A DNA stretch of 64,000 bases, taken from the NCBI GenBank assembly GCA_045837725.1, contig JBEWZL010000109.1, positions 248,001 to 312,000 of the forward strand. The letters run 5' to 3'. The number at the start of each line of letters is the position of its first letter. Position 1 is the stretch's first letter. This stretch comes from Vermamoeba vermiformis (taxonomy: Eukaryota). Position numbers and translations under genes: made by a program. Positions 51,497 to 63,600 of this stretch are shown here, piece by piece. The notes under the pieces are model-generated. The model was not told the DNA's origin, did no database searches, and saw only the letters and a program-made list of their open reading frames with translations.

Positions 51497-54011
51497 ATGT
51501 CTATATCAACTCGCGATAAGAAACGACATACGATCAGTTTCGAGAATTTAACTTTCGATCAGTTTGGAGACAATCCGGGTGCAGTGGTTAGAGAAAAAGA
51601 GCAACGGCCAACATTACCGGAAATGTTTGTAGGAGCTGACGAGCCTTATAGCATGAAACCTGGCAGCAGACGAAGCGTGCACCTCGGAGATCTCTCAGGA
51701 AGCAAATCTGTTTCTGTTTTCAGTAGTGGCGAGGTTCAAAAATCATCAACTAGCGAGGATAAATCGTCCAAAAGGAAGAGTTATAGAAGTGATGATTTTA
51801 AAATGGCAGATCTGAAACTCCAGGACCAAAGCCCAAGAAACTCTGGCATGAGCCACTCAGATTCGCTTCCAGCTATGCTAAATAATCCTAGAAAAATGGA
51901 AGAATTAGATACTATGCTTCAGAAAAATTTAAACGGTCCTCCCAGCCTGAAGAAAGATGCGAGCAAAAAAAGTAAAGACAAAAAAGACAAAGAGGCCAAG
52001 GAAAAAGACAAGGCTGATAAGAAGAAAGCGAAGACACTTAGCGAAGAGATGTCTAAGAAATTATCCAAGCAAGCAAAGACCACAACTTTGCCTTCATTAT
52101 TGCGTGCCGGATCGACGCCAGCAATCGGACCCGGATCTGTGTCCTCTATTGCCGAAGAAGAAGAAGGACCTAAGACTTTACCTCACTTCAAGTCTGATGA
52201 GAAGAAGAAGGATAAATTGAAGCGCTCAGGCTCGTCCATCAAGAACCCAGGTGTAATTTACGATCTTGTGGATGGAAAATTAGTAATTGTTGCCGGCACA
52301 GAAGAAAAATTAATTAAGACATTAGTGGACGCGAATTATACAGGTAAGTCATTTATAAACCGATATCAGTAATTATTTAGTATGTAATTTAAAATAAGAT
52401 TCCGAATTGTATTTATCTATTTAAGGAAGTTATCTCTCGGGTGAGATTGACGGTACTGCACGAAAGATACTATGAAATTGATATAGACCCGTCGAATATG
52501 ACCTAATACTAGTTTTCAGAGCCAAACTACATGAGGCATTTCTTCATGACGTTGGATTACTTCACAACGCCGCATCAGGTTCTCGACAAGCTGTTGGAAA
52601 TATATCCTTAACAATTTGAACTAATTTGTGTATATTCCTCGTATTTTTAGGCTTTATTTTCGCTTTAACTCTTTAGTACGTTCCAACAGACTATTCCAGC
52701 TGGTTTGGATCCGTTACAAGTAGAACAGTTAGAAAAATTCAAAGAATCTACGCAAGCAAAGTAAGTCATAACTAGACCAAATCCGAAGTATACTAATTAT
52801 TTTAAAATTATACAGGGTCGTTGATGCTTTGTTACAGTGGATCGACTTTTTTGAACATTTTTTGGACGACAAAACGTTGTTGGATAAATTAGTGGCATTT
52901 ATTAAGAGTCTCGGACCTAACGAAAAGAATTATACCGTTAAACTCGCTGAAACACTCAAAAATAAGGTAAATTTCTAAATTGAATCGATAATTTCGAGAT
53001 ATAATTTAGGCCTGTAAATTCTACGTATAACACTATTTGTTAATATTTATCGTCTAGTTGCGACCACCAACTCCAACATTACCGCCAGCCCCAGAATCAC
53101 ATATTCCAGAACAAATTGGCTCATTGCGATTATCCTTCATGGACTTCCATCCCATGGAGGTTGCTCGACAGCTCACATTGCAAGATCAAGCGCTATTAAT
53201 CAAAATTAAGTACGTGTAAAGCGAACACACGCATAACTTCGTTTATTGACGAATTGCCAATAGGTCTTCCGAATTTCATAAAAAACGGTGGGCAGAGGCT
53301 GATAACGCTAAATTGGCACCGAATTTGACAGCGATGATTGAACGATTCAACAAAGTGAGCTATTGGGTCGCTACTGAAATAGTTTTCCAGCCAGAACTCA
53401 AAAAGCGAATTGAAGTTATCAAGCGATGGATTGTCGTTGCAGAGGTACGCTACATTAGAACAAATAGCATTAGACACATTAATATTGATACGTTGCACTT
53501 TGTACAGAGCTTCAGGTCCATTGGCAATTTCAACGGAGTGATGCAGGTCTGCGGTGGTCTGCATCTGACGTCCATTCAGAGACTAAAGAAGACATGGAAA
53601 GCAACGAACAAGAAGTTCGTGCAAGTGTTCGAGGCACTCACAGACCTGATGTCGAACAAGGGCAACTTCAAAGCTTACAGAGAAGCAGTAGCAGCACATC
53701 CAAAAGACAGCCCGTACATCCCGTACTTGGGCGTGATTTTGAAGGACTTGACGTTCATGGAGGACGGCAATGACGACAAAGACGAAGACAGCAGCGACAT
53801 GTTCAATTTTGACAAGCTTCGAATGATCAGCGAGGTTCTTGCTGAGATCAATCGTATTCAACGGATCAAGTACAACTTCAACGAGGTAAAGCCGATCCAG
53901 GATTACGTGGACAACGCAATGACTTGGGCTCTGGAGGACTCGCAGTTGAGCAAGTACGCCGAGAAGCTTGAAGGACCTGAGATGCACGCGAAGGGTCAAA
54001 TGACTATGTAA
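51497..54011 (+). CDS. RasGEF (REM + CDC25 domains) with low-complexity N-terminus
   Basis: IVAGTEEKLIKTLV...YMRHFFMT..YFTTP (REM); HPMEVARQLTL; APNLTAMIERFNKVSYWVATEI; GNFNGVMQV..GL...IQRLKKTW; PYIPYLGVILKDLTFMEDGN; NFDKLR. Confidence 0.95.
52602..52679 (+). other. U12-type (minor spliceosome) AT-AC intron, 78 nt
   Basis: 5' end ATATCCTTAA; branch-like TTTCGCTTTAAC about 10 nt before the terminal TAC; removal joins GAA AT|G TTC CAA in frame (LLEMFQQ). Confidence 0.88.
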
Positions 54012-54232
54012 TATAATTTGGGTTATCCAAATCTGTAAATAACAACGGTAACTTTTTTTTGAATCTGCTTCTGCGTGTAGACTTGATTCATTTTTTAAAT
54101 TTTTGGCTTTTTATTGAGCAATAGACTCTTCTTTAGGTGAAAAGACTACTGTTCGCACAATTCGCTGGTCATACTGGATCGTAATTATATCACAAAATAT
54201 TTGGTTTTATTTTTGATCCTAGGAAGGTAAGC

Positions 54233-54820
54233 TTAACGAAGTCTTCGGGCTTCTCTTTCAGATTCCAAAAGAACCAATTGGTCACCAACTCGGACGGGAC
54301 CCTTGACGTTACGGATGATAACACTACGGATACCAGATCAGATTAATTGCTTCGATAAAAGCCAAAAATTATTGGTAATTGATACAAGGTGCGATTATAT
54401 GAATATTTGTCTATTTATAACATTTTCGGTTGCTTAATAACAGTTATTAAGTATTATTTTAAACGTTTACATACCGCTTTGAGCCGTGATCCAAGAACTC
54501 AACCTTGACTTGAGTGACACCTCCTCGGGAGCCAGTTCGGCCAATAATTTCAGTCACGACGACGGTAACAGGCTTATCTTCCTAAATTATAATTTTCGTT
54601 AATAAATATCAATAATTATCGTCTGGGGGTAATTAAAACGCTCATAACTCGTGCCTATATTATAATTGATTTATGGATGTTATTATAATAATAATTTGGC
54701 CTTTGGAGGCGTAACAATCGAACAATAACATCCAATCGGCACCGATGAGCTTCAATCCAACAATCCACCACGTAAATCGTAACATTGATCGTCCACAAGC
54801 TATAATTCAACACTTACCAT
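54233..54820 (-). CDS. RPS28: 40S ribosomal protein S28 (eS28)
   Basis: ATG|gtaagt; [65 protein letters not shown]. Absent from the ORF track. Confidence 0.97.
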
Positions 54821-55298
54821 TTTATATGATTATTTATGTGGTTTATGGAGGGACCAGACAAAGAGGGAAGAACAAAGATAAACAAACCAAAAAAATTTGA
54901 ACGAACGTGATAAAATTGATAAAAATAATCGACCAATGGTAGAGCCCCGACTGAAATCCAAGCGCAGCATTAAACCAACGTACGAGGGTTTAGAGAGTGC
55001 CACTTGCTAAGCAATAAATAAGGTACTTCGGAAATAGTCATTCGGCACCAAGCAGTACTCTGGTTACATCCGGATCATCTCGATCGCGGTCCGACGAGTC
55101 AAAGCGGTACACGGAATGTTACGAAGAATGGGAAGGTGAAAAATTCGTTTGAAGCGGAGTATTCGCTCCTCTCGTGCTCTCACGAATTTTTGGTAGCGCT
55201 AATTGAACTCACGAGCCAATTACCTCCGAACCCGCATTTTTCGTCATTATCATAACGAATCCTGACGTAGCAACACACGTTTATAACACGCCAACAAG

Positions 55299-56501
55299 AT
55301 GAGCGTTACACAAACCAAGAACTTGTTCTCTAACCTCAACAGATTAGTCACCAGACTTAGCACTAGCTCGAGGGTAAGCTAAAAGCATTCTTTAAATTCA
55401 ATTTTAATTTATTTAATTTTGTTACATTACCCGCGGCTCATAGCCATAGTTGATCCGCGTTTAAATATTCGTTGTGAGTGGATCCAAGTTTTTCTAAAAT
55501 AATAAAAAAAATTAATTAACATGCAAACCTCAATAAAATTGACTAACGTATTTTAGACCACCGTCGGTGCTTCCACAGCAAACAGATTATTTTCGTCAAG
55601 CCGATCTGTTCGCGAAGGTTACACAGAGAAGAAAGAAGACAAAGTCGAGCAAAAAGAAACAGAGCAAAAAGTAGAAGAGAAGAAAGAAGAAGCAAAGCCC
55701 GAAGAAAAGAAAGAAGTTGACCCTCGCGACAAGAAGATCGAGGAGTTGCAGAAGAAAGTTGAAGATCTGACAGGCAAATACTATGCCGCCCTCGCCGAGG
55801 CAGAGAACACACGAAAAATCGCCAACAGAGGTAACCGACTTGTTCGACGACATCTCCGTTGTGAATCACGTGCTGCGTTCACCGCTAAATTAATTTATTT
55901 TCAGATGTCGAAAAGGCCAAGGAATTTGGTGTTCAAAAGCTCGTCAAGCGCTTGTTCGATGTTGTCGACACGATGAACTTAGTCATTCAAAACACTCCCG
56001 CTAATAACGGTACGTTAAACGACCAAGGCGTATTCGCTGAATTGTTGCCGAGTTCGTGGCATTTGCTGACATTTATGCGTGCAGAAACTATCAAGCCTAT
56101 TTTGGAAGGTATGGTTGCTACAAGGAAAGACTTCATGAAGGCCTTCAAAGAATGGGACGTCGAAGAATTCGAACCTCAAATTTCTGAAAAGGTAACATTT
56201 CGATCCGTGCACGAGCAGCTGTCTGTCATTTTTATTTGAATTACATACCAATATCAGTTTCATTTCGGTAGATTTACGATGGCACTTTCGATAATGTGAT
56301 GCGTATACTAAACTAAGTTATTTTTAGTTTGATCCGAACAAGCATTATGCTATTTTCGAAATGCCTCAGCGCGTGGATCAAACCCCGGGTACAATTGGTT
56401 TGGTCATTAAGAATGGTTGGATGAGAAAGGACATTCTTCTGCGACCAGCCCACGTCGGTGTCATTTCTAAGAGCAACGAGCCCGAGCCCAAGAAAGAATA
56501 A
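55299..56501 (+). CDS. Mitochondrial GrpE nucleotide exchange factor (Mge1/GRPEL)
   Basis: Ser/Arg-rich presequence-like N-terminus; YYAALAEAENTRK...DVEKAKEFGVQKLVKRLFDVVD; EGMV; FDPNKHYAIF...PGTIGLVIKNGW...LLRPAHVGV. Confidence 0.92.
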
Positions 56502-56876
56502 AAAAAAAACCATAACAAATGACCCTTTTGTACGTAGTATTATAAGCTAGCTTATCCCTATAGTTAAAGACTTTGCCAATGGTCCTTAACTTGTTCTTGA
56601 ATTGGCACAATTTTGACAGGATAAAAATAAAAGTTGCGAAGTTAAAACTAAATATGGTCTTACTTTCTGATCGCATCGATCAGTATAATGCCAATGTGGC
56701 GTGTAGTGGTGATAGTTTAACGTTAATAAGGTACGCTGCGAGAGATTACGTTCAAGAAAAATTTTACTAATATGACAGTTTATTCCGTGCTTCTATTCTG
56801 GTGCTGAAATAGAGCAACATGACCTTAGGTATGTACATGAATTAATAGGGCCTATTGATAAGGTTATAAATATAAT

Positions 56877-57896
56877 TTAGACTTTCTTAGCGTAAGTGAT
56901 CAAGATCGGGGTTTCAGGCGTGATCTTGAAGTGCTGCAACGAGGCCATGGCAACAGTTGCTTCAGCTTCGGTGTTGTATTCGACATATGCAACTCCCTTC
57001 TTAGAGTGGTCGAGTCTGACTTCGCGGAAGCCTGGAAATCTACGCAAGATCAGATCCAGTACGCGTTGGAATTTTCAAATCGCCTTTAATATCAGATAAG
57101 AGGAGAATAGAATACTTACTGTTGGAATAACATCATGAGCATAATTTCGCTTGCACTGTCGGGTAAATTATTCAAACAAATAACTTTGTATGGCGGCTCC
57201 TGTTGATCTCGTGAGGGAATAGGAGGAATGTTACTATGACCACCTTCGCCGTCCTTAGCTGTGTTAAATAATAATGAAATTAGAAAGATACGTAATTTGA
57301 AGCAGATCTGATACCAATTTTAGGAGTGCGCAATGATAAACGCAATATCTCCAGAAAAGAGATTATGATTTGTGTTCGAATGCAGAGGGTTATGTAATTA
57401 CAATAAATTAATAGCGCATGAGTTTACGTGGAGGTGTCTTCTCCGAAAAGTTGACGGATCAGCTGATCTTCGAAGGTTCACAAATAAGCATCATATGCGC
57501 TCAAAAATTGTATTAACATATCATTCGAATCAAAATAACATTATACAGAGATGTTCGCTTTAAACCGCTGCATTTGAGTCTGAAATTAAACATTGAAAAT
57601 TTACAATTTTAAAATCTGCCCACAGGGAGCTTATTTTTATATTTCTCCGTAAAAATTATAATGAAGTGGGGCTAAGTTATTTGTATTAAATTTTAGTTGT
57701 GGTATTTTTAATTTACGATAAAAGATTTTTTTCGGTGGTGCAACTTGAAACGGATTGCCAGATGACGTAAAAGACAATTACCTGCGTCTTTAATAGCCTC
57801 TAATATATCTGGGTGACTTCTTGCAGCATCAGCGAGGATATCTTTCATTTGCTCCTCGCCCAAATTGTTGAGAAGTGCCTCGATCTCGACGTCCAT
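56877..57896 (-). CDS. Small single-RRM protein; RRM resembles the C-terminal RRM of U1A/U2B''
   Basis: [36 protein letters not shown]....GVAYVEY...ATVAMASLQHFKITPETPILITYAKK; first exon MDVEIEALLNNLGEEQMKDILADAARSHPDILEAIKDA joined across a ~520 nt intron. Confidence 0.75.
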
Positions 57897-58371
57897 GTCT
57901 CTCTACTTGATAAGATATAGAAATAATATGTATATATCTGCTGTGTCTTCTATACAGGTGAATTCAACGCGCAAAATTATACGCTTTGTGGCCCACTGCA
58001 CTAGAACAATAAACTAGAATGATTATTTTGTCGTTGACTTTCTGTTTTCCCTGAGAACAACTGGCGTAGCAAACTCGACGAAATGTCTAATTATACGCTG
58101 GATTGCATCGCTATTCTACTAATAAGGACCGAATATTCGCTGGGCCTCAATACACAGGAGAAATTTCGAGGGTGGTGCTCGATCCGCTTATTTTGTGATC
58201 AAAGAGTCGGCATAATGGTGCCAAGTTGGCAAATGATGATTATCGGAGATGCTAATGCACGATTATCGATTACTTTTAAATACTTAGCTGAGAAATGCAC
58301 TTTTTTCATTGTTTTTAAAATTGTCATGCCGCAATTTCATTTTCTTTTATTCCTTACACGAGATAATACAA

Positions 58372-60282
58372 ATGACCACAAAAGTATTTACTTTGGCAAT
58401 CGTCTTGATTGCTCTTGTTCTGGGCTGCGTCAAGGCGTCAGATTCCGACAAGGGAGTCTCGTACGTCTACCCAATCACAAAAGACAATGTCGACATGATC
58501 AAGGAAGGAAAATGGCTTCTTGAATTGTAAGCTTATGCTTATATGATCTTCCGTGAGGTCAAATCTGGAAAAACAAAATGGAAAAATTTAGTATTAATTC
58601 TAATCGCTTGTATTTAGTTTTGCCCCTTGGTGTGGCCACTGCAAAAAATTAGCACCTAATTATGAACTTGCCGCTCATCAAGTCCGCTCGTTGGGTAATT
58701 CAATATTCATGAAGTTCAGAATATCGATCTAACCTCCACGTCATCTTTATTCAGAACTTCCGTTCCGCTTTGGTGCCATCAACTGCGATGTGGAGACTGA
58801 TATTTGCCGAACTTATGGCGTCCAAGGCTTCCCTACAATGAAATAGTAAGCCTCGATCCGCTACGTGTCAATATTTTTACAAACAAACTTCAATACTCAT
58901 TATGATATGTCGTTAAACTATCACTACGTACTAGTGATCTTATCATTTATTATTTTCAGCTTCAGATCTGGCCAGTACGTGGCTGACTACTCTGAAGGCA
59001 GAGAAGTCCAAGACTTGGTTAACTACGCTAAGCGCGTTGCTGGGTATGGCATATAATGTATGCTTATATTAGGGGCATCTATTTTAACGTGCAATTGAAC
59101 AGTCCTCCAGTCTCCAAGATTACCTCTAAGGCTGATCTGACCAGTTTGAAGAAGAACGAAGTCGCTTTCTTGTTCGTTGGTAGCAACAAAGATGCCCTTG
59201 TACGTCTTCTGACTTATGTTTATCATAGTCGTTCTGGTGCTAATGTGTATCCTATCAGGAGGCCTTCACTTCTGTTGCTGAAAAGTACCAAGACGCACTG
59301 GGCTTTGGCTCTACTTCTGATGCCAGTCTTGTTAAGGACTTGGTTGACGACAAGAAGGTCGAGAATATCGTCTTGTTGCTGAACGATCACGACGTGCAGA
59401 CTTTTGAGTTGAGCGATGCGGATGACCAGGTAGCAATCAGCCCTGCACTTGTAACCAACGGAAAGTCAACTGATTGTTATTGTAGGAATTGTTCGACAAG
59501 TGGGTCGATGACCACCGATTCCCTGTATTGAGCGAGTTGAGTGCTGGTAACTGGAAGAGAATTGGCAACAACGAGAACAAGTACGCAATGTTCTTCGCTG
59601 TCGACACTAAGAAGTCTGGCTACAAAGAGTACGTAAAAGAGAGTCACTATAATACTTGGCCAAGCACTAATGTAACGTGCGTAGCTTGGTTGATCAAGCC
59701 AGAAAGTTTGCCGTTGCCAATCAAGGAGGCAAAGTCATCTTTGCTTGGTACGATACCAACAAGCTCTCGTCTGTAAGTCATCCATAATACTAATAGTCGA
59801 TCATATAATGCGATCTGATCTCGGTGATAGTTGAGCTCTCGCTTTGGTATTAAAGAGACTCCCGCTGTTGCCGTGTGGTACCACGCCTCGCAATTGTACT
59901 ACACTCCCAACACTACCGTCAGCTTCTCTGACACCGCCAAGCTTCAAAACTATTTGAACGATGTTCTTGCTGGTAACGTTGAAGGCACACGTTTGGGTGG
60001 CTGGATGGGTTTGCTCAGCGTAAGTGTCACGAAGTCCTCGGAGCTGTTCATCATCTTACTGACTTGTGTTGCAGATGTACTTGCAAAAGGCAGCTCCTTA
60101 CTTGAGCGACTGGCGCTACTTGTTGCTCCTCACACTCGCGTTGTCTGCCGGTATGATTGGTCTTTTCTTCTGTCTCGGTCTTGGTAGCCCTGCTCCAGTC
60201 GAAGAGATCCAAGAGGGCGATAAGAAGGACGAATCTGACGCTAATTCCACTAAAGCCTGCCGCCTCAAAGAAGAAGGACTAA
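58372..60282 (+). CDS. Transmembrane protein disulfide isomerase (TMX3-like); apparent +1 frameshift near 60252
   Basis: Signal peptide; [23 protein letters not shown]; b/b' thioredoxin-like domains; [24 protein letters not shown]; corrected C-terminus KPAASKKKD* (dilysine ER retrieval). As assembled, the frame ends at 60305. Confidence 0.88.
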
Positions 60283-60687
60283 GTCAGTGCTTCAACTTGC
60301 GGTAATAAACATTACTCTGTTGTTTTAAACTACTCGAAGTTCGCTGTAGGATGCAGAATCCAAAATGCACCATTCAGCCACACGAAGTGATACTGAATGA
60401 ACAGATACATATTTATTGATGGCGTTCTCTTAGAATACACTTCCTTTTTTAGCATGTGGTTCGAAGACGGATTTACCTATGAATTCCAGTTCTGTTGTGG
60501 AGCGGTTCCTTTGCACGGGACTTTCATGGTTAGGGTCTTATATTCGTGTACGTCAAGGTATGTAAGTATGGCTTTCGTACGTCTAACTCATCACATGTTT
60601 GCCATAAAAGGCAAGTTAACCAACGAAAAATGATAAATATTCATTTTTCTGGCTGGTCAGTTTATTGAATTTTTTGATTGTGAAAAC

Positions 60688-63600
60688 ATGGTAAGGAATC
60701 TTTTATGTTTTGATTTTTAGCTAACGCTTCTTTAGTCGAATAATATCGTAGACGTTAACTTTACGCTCGAGCGTTACGACGTGCACATCTCAACTGACCG
60801 CCCGATTTACAATTTAAACGAGTGGGTGCTTATTCGTGGTGTTCTATTGAATGGAATCACCAACCATCCTTTGCCTTCGCACATTAATACAACCTGCAAC
60901 GTAAAGGTCACCTCGCCGAAAGGTAACAATTTTGAATTCAAAATTAAATAAGAAATTTTTAGAACCCGAAATTAGATCTTTCTTAGTACGGTCTTATCTT
61001 TTGATCGCCGTAAATATTAAATAAAATTTAAATTTTCTTTTTAGGAGATGAGGTTGCAAAGTACGAAAACGTCCCTGTAGTTAACTCCGTTGTCGTTGGA
61101 TCATGGAAAACTACGGACGGTACTTCTGGAGGAGAATACACGGTCGAGATATTTTCTGAGGTGCAAGCATCGGGATTCGTTATTGCTTCTGCGAAGCGTA
61201 CTTTCGAAGTCCGCGAATTTTTTGGTATTTAATGCATTAATATATGTCTTATTATTTATCTTTTTCTCTAACGCTGTAAACTTATTTTTAGCTCCCAAAA
61301 TGAAACTCCAAGCTGAATTTTTAAAGAAGGGTTTGGGAGCTGGAGACACAGCCACTGCAGTCCTTCACGTAAGTAGAATCGAGGTTCAATCACTATTCGC
61401 GGATTCTTAACGTCATTTTTTAGGCTGTTAGAGCTGAAGGAGGTATTCCCGCTGGTGCTAAAGTAACGGTTACTGCTCGTATTGACGGAGCTGAGGCATG
61501 GCGGTAAGTCAACCAATCACGTGCTTTGCCGTTCATGAAAACTAACTCGAATGCATTGCAGCGGCGAGACCACCTTGGATCAGAAAGGTGATTGCCGTGT
61601 CTCGTTCAAACTGCCCGATGACATCAAGGTCGGTGAGGGCACGTTGACATTCACAGTGCAAGACGGAGGCAATGTTGAATCGATTGGCAAGACCATTCCT
61701 ATTCTGTTGGCCACGATCAAAGTCAACTTCTATCCTGAGAGCGGTCAGCTGATCAACGGCATCGAGACCGGTCTGTACTTTGAGTGCTTCCAAAACAACG
61801 GTGACCCTGCTGATGTCAAGGGACAATTGCTCAGCATCGATTCAACAGCCACAAAGGCATCCGGTTTTACCGCTGCGGCTACCATTGAGAACTTGTACGC
61901 ACGCTTGAAAACATGTAATTCCAATACTAACACCATTATTCAGGACCAAGTTCACTCGTATTTGCGAGCTCGAGTCCTCACACGAAGGCCGCGGCAAAGT
62001 GGTGTTCACGCCTGAGAAGCACAAAACGTACTTCATGCACGTATCGACTCCCGGAGGTATTCGTGACTTGATCAAGTTACCTCGTGAGACTTGCAAAGTA
62101 CACAAGCGTGGTGCGATCATTCTCTCAAAGAAAGACACCTACCAAAAGGATGAGCCAGTTGATCTGCTGGTCGTTTCTAATGAGTCAGCTGATTACCATC
62201 TCAAGCTCTACAAACGTGATCTGGAAATCGCGTCAGCACCATTGAAGTTAAAGGGCGCCAAGTCGGTTACGTTCTACCCTCCTGCTGCTATTGGTGAAGG
62301 TAAGTGATTGTAAACTTACTCGAATGTTGATTAATAACCTTCATTAAAGGTGTACTAAGAGCCACCCTGTTCAAGAAGGGCACGCCTATTGCCGAAAGAT
62401 TGATCTTCCGCCACATGTCTCGTCAGATCAAGGTCAAAGTGACGCCAAATAAGGAGTCTTTCAAGCCCAACCAAAAGATTCAAGTCAACATCAAGACAAC
62501 TGATGAAAATAATGAACCCGTCAGAGCCATCCTTGGTGTTACTGTCACTGATGATGCAATTCTCGAGATGGTCGAGGTAAGTCATCATCTATTCCACGAT
62601 GTCGAGCAGTGTAATAACATCGCAAATAGAAACGCAAACAAGCTCCTCGTTTGCCGGAAATGGCATTGCTCGAGTCCGAAGTGAACGAGTTCTGGGACAG
62701 TCAAATCTACTTCAAAGAAGCGCCAAAGTCACGACAAGCTATCGACCTCTTGCTCGGTACCCAAGTACGTTCCAGCGTGAATTGATTACGAACAATATTT
62801 TTAAATGTTCTGATAGGGCTGGCGTCGTTTCGTGTTCTTCAAAGCCAAGATCGATTTAATTGACTTTTTGGCCGAGAACAAGTCTGCTGAACGAGTGTTA
62901 GTTGCCACGACCAAATCTGTATGTGACATTCTTACTAAGCGTGCAATCTAATACGATTCTCGTAGATTAACCAAGAGGCGTACGTGCCCCCAGTAGTGAT
63001 TCCTACCATCTCAAGAAGACGATCATCTATCGACTACGAGGAGTGCGAAAACGAAGTTTACGAGAGTCTTCCTACCACTACTGCCATCTCCTCAGTTGTG
63101 TTTAGTGCTCCACCTCTGTCACCAATATCGAGTCGTCCAACAAGTGTGAAATCGAGTATCCGACCATCGATAGCCCAGAGAGATGTGCCCATGCGATCTC
63201 AAGCTGCTAAGGCTGCAATGCCTTCGCGATCAGTTCTGAGTCCTCCTCCTCCTGCAGCACAGTTGGCTATGAAAGAAGAAGCACCGCAACTTTCTTTAAA
63301 AGCCCGCTCAGTGTCTTACAGCGAACGATGTATTGAAGAAGATTTATTAATATCATATGGAGATGTTTCAGCAGACTATATTGAATCGCCACGAGAAATA
63401 GCTCCTTCCGTTGCTGACAATGAAGGTACACATTTCGACCTTTAAATAGCGACTAGCTCAAACGAACTTTTAACGCAGAGATCGAATGGTTGCCCGGCAA
63501 ATACATTGCACGCTTGTACAGACACAAAAAGTCTGAACACCGTGACAAGTCTGTTCGCACTGATTTCTCCAAGACCTTGTTTTGGGCTGGTCAAATCGAA

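Noticed and set aside
60397-60633. 78-aa ORF upstream of the A2M-like gene as a possible signal-peptide exon
   Set aside because: No clear hydrophobic leader, and an in-frame TGA lies shortly upstream of the 60688 ATG; not supported, though 5' RACE would settle it.
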